The notes under the pieces are model-generated. The model saw nothing but the letters and a program-made list of their open reading frames with translations, was not told where the DNA came from and searched no databases. The position numbers and the translations under genes were made by a program. This document shows, in pieces, positions 24,810 to 32,213 of a DNA stretch of 36,346 nucleotides (position 1 is the first letter of the stretch; each line of letters begins with the position of its first letter). This stretch comes from a virus (lineage: Duplodnaviria > Caudoviricetes), in IMG/VR virus record IMGVR_UViG_3300032295_001243, positions 1 through 36,346 of that record. One strand, 5' to 3'.

Positions 24810-25510
24810 TTAAGATTTCGGAAAATTCTTTTAGCTGCGGTGATACTGCGTCGATAGCCGTCCGCAATTGCCGATTGCACGTTGCCATGATTTGAGTTGC
24901 GCTTGGCGTAGGCATAGTCAACCTTGTTCGTGAGAAGAACGGAGCTGCTCATAAGTTGCCGCTTGACTAGTTTTGACTCGCCAGCACGCGCATTTACATG
25001 GCGGCGAACCCATCGCGGAACGCCTTTGATTTTGCGGATTTTGCCGCGCACGGTTTTTAGCAATGGCGAATCAATTGTTTCTCCCGCCTGAATCCATCCC
25101 GCTTTTGCCAATCCCGCTTTCGCCATCTGTGAATCGACATATTGCTTTAGCTCGGAGCGGTCAAAGGTCTTGCGCTTTGGCTGAAACTTCGCAGGCGGCC
25201 TAACCAACACTTGAAACTTGGCATTCTGGGAACGAAGCTGCCGATGGATGCTTTTAATGTCACCCTCAAATCCCTTAAACTCGGCATAACGAGCCGCTTT
25301 ATGAACCTGCTTTGCGATGCTGCCCATGTATTCCTGCCCAACGTCATTCGACAATCCGAACGGTTGAACCTTCCGCGCAAGTTCTTTTGCAACGGACGTT
25401 CCAATGATCGCGACAGTTTCAGCAACGCTCACTTGCGCCCTAGCTGCGAACGCTTTCAATTCTGCCTCTAGCTTCGCTGATTGGCGCTTGCTTATTTTTA
25501 CGTCAATCAT
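24806..25510 (-). CDS. Putative tail completion/neck protein
   Basis: Basic; 'AKAGW', 'LTNKVDYA'; synteny. Confidence 0.6.
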   Translation of the reverse strand: MIDVKISKRQSAKLEAELKAFAARAQVSVAETVAIIGTSVAKELARKVQPFGLSNDVGQEYMGSIAKQVHKAARYAEFKGFEGDIKSIHRQLRSQNAKFQVLVRPPAKFQPKRKTFDRSELKQYVDSQMAKAGLAKAGWIQAGETIDSPLLKTVRGKIRKIKGVPRWVRRHVNARAGESKLVKRQLMSSSVLLTNKVDYAYAKRNSNHGNVQSAIADGYRRSITAAKRIFRNLK

Positions 25511-25821
25511 TTCTCGTTAGGGTCTGCTAGGGTGAAATGAATGCCAATCGTGCCAACGTCCACTTGTGAGACACGATAAGCCGCGCCGTTGATTGTGCAT
25601 CGTTTGTTGAGTAGCGTTAGCGGCGAAGTTACGTCCGCAGGTTGCGCCGTGACAACTCCGCGCACTTGCGGTTCTAAGCCGCCAAACTCGCCATCCACTG
25701 ACTTGCTGGTGAGATTGTCCACAACGGAAAATGTCTGCCCTGCGCAGATCATTGTCGCAATACCCATTGTTGTGTCGCATTGGTCGTTATGCGACAGCAT
25801 GAAATCATCCACCAAGCTCAT
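25507..25821 (-). CDS. Putative head closure protein (gpFII-like)
   Basis: 104-aa beta-rich; 'TINGAAYRVSQV'. Confidence 0.6.
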   Translation of the reverse strand: MSLVDDFMLSHNDQCDTTMGIATMICAGQTFSVVDNLTSKSVDGEFGGLEPQVRGVVTAQPADVTSPLTLLNKRCTINGAAYRVSQVDVGTIGIHFTLADPNEK

Positions 25822-25832
25822 GCTTTACGCAT

Positions 25833-25840
25833 GGTGTCAA
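25833..25840 (-). promoter_or_regulatory. TTGACACC late motif, 11 nt before ATG 25821
   Basis: Intergenic exact octamer. Confidence 0.75.
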
Positions 25841-25842
25841 CT

Positions 25843-26574
25843 TCACTCGTAATCACGCACGGCGAGGAACGTAGGGAAACGAGGCTTGCCGCTGTCGGTC
25901 GTGCCGCAAAATGCAAACGATACTTGCGCCCCGATTGCGGGAAGCGATGCGCGAACGGCGTTAGTGAATCCCGCGCCAAGGTCAAAAATCATGCCCATCC
26001 AATCGACTGTAACGGCGTTTGTCTTGTGAGCAATCACGGTCGCCTCGTCGCTGTCCACCCATTTGATTTTCAGTAAGTTGTTTGTGCGTTTTTGCTCGTA
26101 TGCCATAACTGGATTACGGAGCATAACGCCTTCCGCACCCACTGCTCGCAATGCGTCAAAATAGCCGTCTAAATGCGCCTCAGACTGGCAAACGATATGC
26201 TCCACCACTTGCGCCACAGAAACGCCCTGCAAGGCATCCTGCGCGTATTGCAAGCGTGCCGTGAAATCGCCTTGTGCCTCTGGTGCGTCGAAAACGTGAA
26301 ACTTGATTTGCGACCAGTCGCCTGCTTTGCTGCGCACGATTCCGACCGCTTGCTGAAACATGCCGCGCCCCATGAACAACTCGCCATCGAGAGCCGCGCT
26401 TGGTAGTTGAGCCGTGAACCATGCAGGTGCGTGAAACGCATTGCCGTTGCGGGAAATGAACTGCTTTCCATCCCACAATGCACGCACTCCATCGAGCTTT
26501 TCAGACATGAGCCATCCTGTCGGGTCTTGCCCTTCGTAGGTGTTGGCTAGTGTCGGTTTCGTGGTCACGCGCAA
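25843..26574 (-). CDS. Minimal ATP-dependent DNA ligase
   Basis: Motif I SEKLDGVR, III LDGELF, IIIa FHVFD, IV EGVML, V LLKIK, VI PRFP. Confidence 0.93.
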   Translation of the reverse strand: MRVTTKPTLANTYEGQDPTGWLMSEKLDGVRALWDGKQFISRNGNAFHAPAWFTAQLPSAALDGELFMGRGMFQQAVGIVRSKAGDWSQIKFHVFDAPEAQGDFTARLQYAQDALQGVSVAQVVEHIVCQSEAHLDGYFDALRAVGAEGVMLRNPVMAYEQKRTNNLLKIKWVDSDEATVIAHKTNAVTVDWMGMIFDLGAGFTNAVRASLPAIGAQVSFAFCGTTDSGKPRFPTFLAVRDYE

Positions 26575-26603
26575 GATTTAGCGAAAACCATTTCGCTCGT
26601 CAA
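26575..26603 (-). promoter_or_regulatory. Promoter TTGACG-N17-TAAATC containing inverted repeat AGCGAAA-N4-TTTCGCT
   Basis: Between a terminator and the ligase start; operator matches the early promoters. Confidence 0.6.
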
Positions 26604-26616
26604 TCTTTTTTTACAG

Positions 26617-26648
26617 AAAAAAGCCTCGCACCGTTTCCGATGCGAGGC
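26617..26648 (-). terminator. Intrinsic terminator after the glycosyltransferase cassette
   Basis: GCCTCGCATCG-GAAA-CGGTGCGAGGC-TTTTTT. Confidence 0.88.
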
Positions 26649-26681
26649 AGACGCAATACACACATCGACCAGACAAAAAAT

Positions 26682-27239
26682 TTACTCAGGCGCAAGCGTT
26701 GTTGACGCATCGTGCCTGTAATAATGGAGAACCGTGTCAATATGCAACGCGGATTTGACTAGCTGCCGCGCTTGCACGCACCACGCCAAGTCTTCGCCGT
26801 AGTTCACACTCAGAAATTGGCACTCCTTCACCTTTTCGCGCTTCCATGCGCAAACGTGCCACGGCGCTCGGAGAGTAACGCCGCCAGCAACGAAGTTCTG
26901 GTCTGGATTGTTCAGCCCGAAATGCACAATACTTTTCAGCCCGTTATACGTGCTATCTTGCTTGAATGTAATCACATCAGGCTTGCGCTCAATCGCGGAT
27001 AGCAAGCGCGAAACGTAGTCATCCGAAATGTCGTCATCGTCATCCACAAAAGCGATATACTCGCCTTGTGCAATGTCAACCAATGACTGCCGCTTCTCGC
27101 CAATGCTGCGCTTTCGGTTGTCGGAAAACACAAGATGTTCTACCTCATGCGTCCCGATCTGCTTTCCGATTTTTGCGGTTAGCTTTTCGAGTTGGTTTGC
27201 CCTGCTCGGAACTGTCGGTGTTAGTATGCTTAGTTTCAT
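26682..27239 (-). CDS. GT2-family glycosyltransferase
   Basis: 'KLSILTPT', 'GEYIAFVDDDD', 'GED'. Confidence 0.88.
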   Translation of the reverse strand: MKLSILTPTVPSRANQLEKLTAKIGKQIGTHEVEHLVFSDNRKRSIGEKRQSLVDIAQGEYIAFVDDDDDISDDYVSRLLSAIERKPDVITFKQDSTYNGLKSIVHFGLNNPDQNFVAGGVTLRAPWHVCAWKREKVKECQFLSVNYGEDLAWCVQARQLVKSALHIDTVLHYYRHDASTTLAPE

Positions 27240-27321
27240 TTTTTCTGAATATGTTTTCGTAGTTGTTTCTGTATGCCTCGCCTTTTACTGGTCGCGGCGA
27301 ATCTCCTTTTCCTGCGCTCAT
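27145..27321 (-). CDS. Small phage peptide MSAGKGDSPRPVKGEAYRNNYENIF
   Basis: ATGA-coupled to the large GT; fills the gap between the GT genes. Confidence 0.55.
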   Translation of the reverse strand: MSAGKGDSPRPVKGEAYRNNYENIFRKNETKHTNTDSSEQGKPTRKANRKNRKADRDA

Positions 27322-29534
27322 TCGTTTTCTTGTTTTGGTTTTTTGATCCAGCATCGACCAACTGTCAGATAATCCACGCCAGATGTTTTCAATGCCTCTT
27401 TCACGCTGTCAACGTCAATGTCGTGACCAGCGAAAAAGCCCCCTTGTTTTACCTTTGGCGACCATGCCGCGATGTCCGCTTTCACAGAATCGAAGTCATG
27501 CGCCCCGTCAATAAAGATGCCATCAATCTCGCCGTCAAGGAATTGTTCTGCCGCTTGCACGCTTTCCATTTCCACAATCTGAATCATATCCGCAACGCCT
27601 GCGCGTTCGATGTTATCCTTGAATTGCGCAAGGATGCTGCCGCCGCAATGCTCAACGTATTGCTGCTGGTCTGCTTTGTCTTGCTCGCCTTTCCATGTGT
27701 CAACGCAGTAGAGCGTGACGTTCTTGCCCATGCTCTGCAATTCCTGAGCAAGCGCAATGATGCTTTGCCCTAGCCATGCGCCGACTTCCACGAACTTTCC
27801 GCCCTCTGGCAACGCCTCGGCAAGCGCAAAGTAAAGGTTCTGAAAGTCGCACCATCCGTGAACTTGCGAGGGCGTTAGTTTGTCAGCCATAAGCAAATCG
27901 AATGTCTTCTTCCCGCGCCGATAGTTTGTATCGCTGTTGCTGCGCTTGTAAGTTTCGTCCCACTCGCCTTTTCCGAACAATGGGTGGTAATGATTGAAAA
28001 CCAGTCTGTCGCGTGCGTCGATGACCACGCCATCCATGAACGCTTTGTGTGAAAACCACGTATCAGAATACATCGAGAAGAACTCAGGGTGATAGAGATA
28101 GCCTTGTTCTTTGTAGCGTTTGCGAGTCAGAATCGACATACAAAGCAAATCGTCTTTGCGGTTGCCGTCGCTGACTGCCAGCACCTTTGATTCGCTCAAA
28201 TCGCCAAGCTCGGCAAGGATAAGTTCATCCCATCCCATCGGCGGTTCAAAGTCATCCGATACTTGCACCAGCACATCGCCGCGGCTTTTCTTTGCCGCTG
28301 CGTTCCATGCGCCTACGCATCCGCCAGACAGGACGATTGTGTGATTCGCCAGGCACAGCGGCAGGCTCGCTTCGTCGTCGTGGTCGATAGCAAAAATATG
28401 CTCAATAGCATCTGGATTCTTGGCGCGGCGCAACCATTCCTTGCGGCACATCCATGCCTTTTGCGGTCTGCCTCGCGTGGCGTGAAGCAGGCTGATTTTT
28501 TTACCGTTCTTGATGAAGTGATTTGTTTCCAGAACATCGGCTTGCGCGATAGCATTGTTTGCGCGTAAAGCCATGCCACGGAGCGAGACGCCTAAAGAAC
28601 CGTAATACGGGCGGCGCAAGTTCCATGGTGGATTCTGCGGTATGTCTAGCGCAAGCATTGCCTTGGTTAGCCCTAGCGCCTTTTCTGGCTCCACGGTCAG
28701 CAATGCAAGCGCAAGCTCGCCGTATGCCTCGCGCCGATTCGGGTCGGTCATGAGCGCCTGCCCCAGCATCGTGATTCTTGTTTGCAGGTCATCCGACAAC
28801 TGCGCCAATTGGAAAAACGCTTCGTATTTCTCATTCGTTCCCGCTTCATCATCACGCACAAAGTCAATCGCCGCCATGGTCGCATCATCGCGGCGGTCGA
28901 GCGCAATCAGCGATTGCATACGATGAAACTTCTGCGAAATGCTGCGCTCGTCTTCTGGAACGCTTTCGATGATTCGCAAGTTGCGCTCATCGCGCGAACT
29001 ATGGCGCGGCTCGCTTGCGTGGACAATTTGCGCATGTTCCAGAACTACCGCTTTGTGGTCTTCTTTCAGCTTGAAGCACTCGTGAATCGGATTTACCCAC
29101 CGCCCCGCGCCTTTGCGCCAGATGCGTTCGCGAATGTTGATAACGCCGTCTTCTGGCACTACGTAAGGCATCAGCACGCAATCGACTTCCTTGTCTCGAA
29201 TGTCTTTCAGCAACAACTTGATTTGCTCGATAGATTCGGCGCTGATTATGTCATCCGTATCAGCCCACATAACCCATTCATTTTTCGCCATGTCGCAAGC
29301 AAGATTCCTCGCACGTCCGAAGTCGTCACAATGTGGCCAATCGCAATCTGGCTTGTTGAAATACTCAGAAATGCGAACGCCGCGCTTCTCACAGATTTTA
29401 AGCGTTCTATCCGCTTTTTGGTTGCCAATCGCACGAACCGCGATTATCTCGTCAGCTAGTGGTTGGAAGTGATCTAGGAAGCGACCAATGATGGATTCAA
29501 CATTGCCAACGATAATACATAGACTGATTTTCAT
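27318..29534 (-). CDS. Multidomain GT2 - TPR - GT-A - SAM-dependent O-methyltransferase (start re-called at MKISLC, 738 aa)
   Basis: 'WADTDD'; TPR-like helices 'DPNRREAYGELA'; 'SLLHATRGRP..QVSDD'; 'VEVGAWLGQS..VDTW..FIDGAH..GHD'. Confidence 0.88.
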   Translation of the reverse strand: MKISLCIIVGNVESIIGRFLDHFQPLADEIIAVRAIGNQKADRTLKICEKRGVRISEYFNKPDCDWPHCDDFGRARNLACDMAKNEWVMWADTDDIISAESIEQIKLLLKDIRDKEVDCVLMPYVVPEDGVINIRERIWRKGAGRWVNPIHECFKLKEDHKAVVLEHAQIVHASEPRHSSRDERNLRIIESVPEDERSISQKFHRMQSLIALDRRDDATMAAIDFVRDDEAGTNEKYEAFFQLAQLSDDLQTRITMLGQALMTDPNRREAYGELALALLTVEPEKALGLTKAMLALDIPQNPPWNLRRPYYGSLGVSLRGMALRANNAIAQADVLETNHFIKNGKKISLLHATRGRPQKAWMCRKEWLRRAKNPDAIEHIFAIDHDDEASLPLCLANHTIVLSGGCVGAWNAAAKKSRGDVLVQVSDDFEPPMGWDELILAELGDLSESKVLAVSDGNRKDDLLCMSILTRKRYKEQGYLYHPEFFSMYSDTWFSHKAFMDGVVIDARDRLVFNHYHPLFGKGEWDETYKRSNSDTNYRRGKKTFDLLMADKLTPSQVHGWCDFQNLYFALAEALPEGGKFVEVGAWLGQSIIALAQELQSMGKNVTLYCVDTWKGEQDKADQQQYVEHCGGSILAQFKDNIERAGVADMIQIVEMESVQAAEQFLDGEIDGIFIDGAHDFDSVKADIAAWSPKVKQGGFFAGHDIDVDSVKEALKTSGVDYLTVGRCWIKKPKQENE

Positions 29535-29540
29535 AATAAG

Positions 29541-29574
29541 AAAAAGCGCACCGTGCAAACACACGATGCGCTTT
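29541..29574 (-). terminator. Intrinsic terminator after the major capsid gene
   Basis: GCGCATCGTG-TGTTTG-CACGGTGCGC-TTTTT. Confidence 0.85.
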
Positions 29575-29599
29575 AGTCATGCAATTGTCAACCAGAAAA

Positions 29600-30490
29600 T
29601 TATGGTTTCGTCGCAAGCGCCAAGCCAAGGGTCAGGCCAGTCGCCATACCGTAAAGGCACTCAAGAGCGATGTAGTGAACGCCAGCGGCTTCGTTATAGC
29701 TGCGGCGAAGACCCATCACGATGCCCGAAGGATCAGCAACGCGTTCCACGGCCAGGTAAGCCTCGGGAGCTTGCGGGGCGAGATAGCGCATCGCAACACT
29801 AATGGCGTCAGGGTGAGCGGCGAAGGCAACTAGCGAAGTGGAGGAAGTCGGCAGCAGGTTGGTTTCGTAAGGAGTAAAGCCGACCAACTTGCGACCAAGC
29901 GAACCATCGCGAGCGGCGAGATTGTCGCCCATGGCGTAGGCTTGCAGCACGTTGGAAGAACCAAGCAGGGCAGCGCCGACGATGGGATTGAAAAGCACGG
30001 AGCAATCGTCGATGTTGACGTTGTTCTGAGCCAGCTTGGAACGCAGGGCGATGATTTGCGCCAGCGTGTAGTTAGCCTCGGCGGTGGTAACGGTAGCGGC
30101 ACCAAAGTTAGCAGTCGTTACCAGCTTGAAGATGTTTTCCAAAACTTTAGCACCAAGAGCGCGACCAGCTTGTGCGGCCATCGCGTCAATACGAGCGGCC
30201 GAGCTGTTGGCGAACTGCAAATCGGTAACATCAACCGAAATCACGTTGTGTTGGTTAAGATTGACCGTGTTGTGAGTCACAGCGCCGCCAGCAGTCTGAT
30301 AGTTGGCAGTCGTGGCGTTGAAGGTGGTTGCAGTCAATGCGCTGATTTGAGGCACAAGGATTGCGTCACCTTTGCCGCGAGCATCGGAACTAAAGTCACG
30401 GGAAAATGCGTTGATTGGTGCAAGAACGGCAGTAAATGCCCGAAGTGCTTCTTGCGCGAAAATGGTGTCGTTAAACGATAGTGTGGACAT
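29600..30490 (-). CDS. Major capsid protein
   Basis: 296 aa after protease/scaffold, followed by a terminator; 'KGDAILVP', 'HPDAISVAMR', 'LYG'. Confidence 0.85.
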   Translation of the reverse strand: MSTLSFNDTIFAQEALRAFTAVLAPINAFSRDFSSDARGKGDAILVPQISALTATTFNATTANYQTAGGAVTHNTVNLNQHNVISVDVTDLQFANSSAARIDAMAAQAGRALGAKVLENIFKLVTTANFGAATVTTAEANYTLAQIIALRSKLAQNNVNIDDCSVLFNPIVGAALLGSSNVLQAYAMGDNLAARDGSLGRKLVGFTPYETNLLPTSSTSLVAFAAHPDAISVAMRYLAPQAPEAYLAVERVADPSGIVMGLRRSYNEAAGVHYIALECLYGMATGLTLGLALATKP

Positions 30491-30492
30491 AA

Positions 30493-30948
30493 TTATTTGA
30501 TAAGTTGAGCTTTAATTTCTTTTTGGTTTTGATTGTAATACTTGGTTTTTTCTTCAGGCGAGAGAGTCGCCATGATTGAAATATGGTCGGTTGGCGCTGC
30601 TTCGTCGGCGCTTGCGTCAACAGGCGCGATGCCTGCTTGTGCTACGATTTCAGCGGCGCGAGCTTCGGCGGAAGTGCTGGCTTCGATAACGCTTGCTTCC
30701 AGTTCCGCGACTTTGCTTTGAGCTTCGGCAAGCGATGCCGTGAGCGTGTCGCGTTCTGCGGTGATGCTGTCGAGTTGCGCCTTTACGCTAGCAAGCTCGC
30801 CAATCGCGTTCTCAAGGTCTGCCGTGCGCTCGGTGAGTGCTGCGGTCATGTCGCTGATTTCCGTTTGCGCGGATTCCAGACTAGCTTCCAGCCCTTGCAC
30901 TTTTTCAGTGAGAGCTGCATCAGGGCGGAATTTGTCGAGGATGCTCAT
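30493..30948 (-). CDS. Nested in-frame scaffolding protein (MSILDKF..., 151 aa; lambda Nu3-like arrangement)
   Basis: Coiled-coil C-terminus of the protease ORF; in-frame ATG preceded by TTGACACC at 12 nt. Confidence 0.7.
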   Translation of the reverse strand: MSILDKFRPDAALTEKVQGLEASLESAQTEISDMTAALTERTADLENAIGELASVKAQLDSITAERDTLTASLAEAQSKVAELEASVIEASTSAEARAAEIVAQAGIAPVDASADEAAPTDHISIMATLSPEEKTKYYNQNQKEIKAQLIK

Positions 30949-31854
30949 TGCATTTATTTTGGTGTCAAAAATTTCGTCGGCAAATCCCATCTCAATTGCC
31001 TGCTTTGCGGTCATCCATGTTTCTTTTTTCATGAGAGCGCGAATGTCGTCTTTGTCGCGTTTTGTCTTCTCGGCGTAGATGCCCGCGATTTCGTCGCTGA
31101 TGTTTTCGAGCAATTCCGCATACCGTAGCAAGGTTTCACTGTCGCCTTGTGCGCCGCCTGATGCCTCATGAATCATGATTTTCCCGTTGCTGGCAATCTC
31201 CACTTTGTCAGCCGCCATCGCAATTACGCTGCCCATGGATGCTGCCAGGGTATTGATTCGCGCCGTGACGTAAACGCCGCGCTCGCGTAGCTTTTTCATT
31301 TCGTTGAAAATGCGATAGCCCTCGAAAACGCTGCCACCGCCTGAATGGATTTCAACGTCGAGCGTATCAATGGCGTTATCTGCGCAGGCTATGATTTCAC
31401 CGAATGCGTAGTGATTCTCCACGGCTTTCATTCCGTAAACCTTGGCAATGTCGTCGATGAGTTTGTCCACGCTGATCTTGTCCACGTGGTCATTCAATTT
31501 CACCTTTGCCGCTTTGTTATCAATCGTAATCATAAAATTATCTGCGTTTAGTTGTTTGTTTTTTTGATTTGCCCATGACTTGCCAGCATCGCCGCCCCAT
31601 AGCGCCCATGCGATGCGCCCCGCTGACGGGTAACCCTCCTCGCCTTGCCGGAATCCTTGCGCCTCCTTGTCAACTTCGTGCCGTGCAAAATAGCTAACCA
31701 TGCGCCGAACTGTCTCAGGCGATAGATTAGCGCGATTGCTAATGTCTCGCGCACGCGCAACGCCGATTGCCGTCCCTCCACGGTTGAACTCGGCACGCCA
31801 CGCAAGTCCGCGCCGCGCCTCGTCTGCCATTTCGGTTGTCGGCTTTAGGGTCAT
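30493..31854 (-). CDS. Prohead maturation protease (ClpP-like) with extra N-terminal domain and C-terminal scaffold
   Basis: 'IHSGGGSV', 'LAASMGSVI', 'IMIHE', 'ETWMTAKQAIEMGFAD'. Confidence 0.9.
   Translation of the reverse strand: MTLKPTTEMADEARRGLAWRAEFNRGGTAIGVARARDISNRANLSPETVRRMVSYFARHEVDKEAQGFRQGEEGYPSAGRIAWALWGGDAGKSWANQKNKQLNADNFMITIDNKAAKVKLNDHVDKISVDKLIDDIAKVYGMKAVENHYAFGEIIACADNAIDTLDVEIHSGGGSVFEGYRIFNEMKKLRERGVYVTARINTLAASMGSVIAMAADKVEIASNGKIMIHEASGGAQGDSETLLRYAELLENISDEIAGIYAEKTKRDKDDIRALMKKETWMTAKQAIEMGFADEIFDTKINAMSILDKFRPDAALTEKVQGLEASLESAQTEISDMTAALTERTADLENAIGELASVKAQLDSITAERDTLTASLAEAQSKVAELEASVIEASTSAEARAAEIVAQAGIAPVDASADEAAPTDHISIMATLSPEEKTKYYNQNQKEIKAQLIK
30961..30968 (-). 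promoter_or_regulatory. TTGACACC late motif, 12 nt before internal ATG 30948
   Basis: Exact octamer at the protease/scaffold boundary. Confidence 0.7.
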
Positions 31855-32213
31855 GCTTCCACTGCTACAATAAGAATGTTCGCCGCCGATGTGTTGGCTT
31901 TAGCGTAAAGCGTTGCACTGCTCGGCGTGAACAGGCACGCACCGCCTGCCGCAATCTTCGTTTTGAATACGGTCAAGCCAGAATCGCCGCCAAGCTCAAC
32001 AAATCGCGTGGTGCTGAGGTTGCGAATCATGACTAGCTGCGGAGCGCCAGTAATGTCGCCAAAATCCACAAGCTCGGCAGTCGTGCCGATGTTCTGCGTA
32101 ACCTGCGTCATTTGTGCGCCCGCCATGTCCGCAAACAGGTTAGCGGTTTGATTTACTGTCGCGTTGTCTTTGCTCGCCTTAAGCGATACGGAAAATGTTA
32201 CTTCGTTAGCCAT
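31851..32213 (-). CDS. Small beta-rich head-associated protein
   Basis: Between portal and protease; beta-strand composition. Confidence 0.6.
   Translation of the reverse strand: MANEVTFSVSLKASKDNATVNQTANLFADMAGAQMTQVTQNIGTTAELVDFGDITGAPQLVMIRNLSTTRFVELGGDSGLTVFKTKIAAGGACLFTPSSATLYAKANTSAANILIVAVEA

Noticed and set aside
29535-29591. GTG start at 29564 and TTGACA at 29586-29591 as a promoter for the large GT
   Set aside because: The GTG lies within the terminator hairpin and the -10 is poor; ATG 29534 gives a typical GT2 N-terminus
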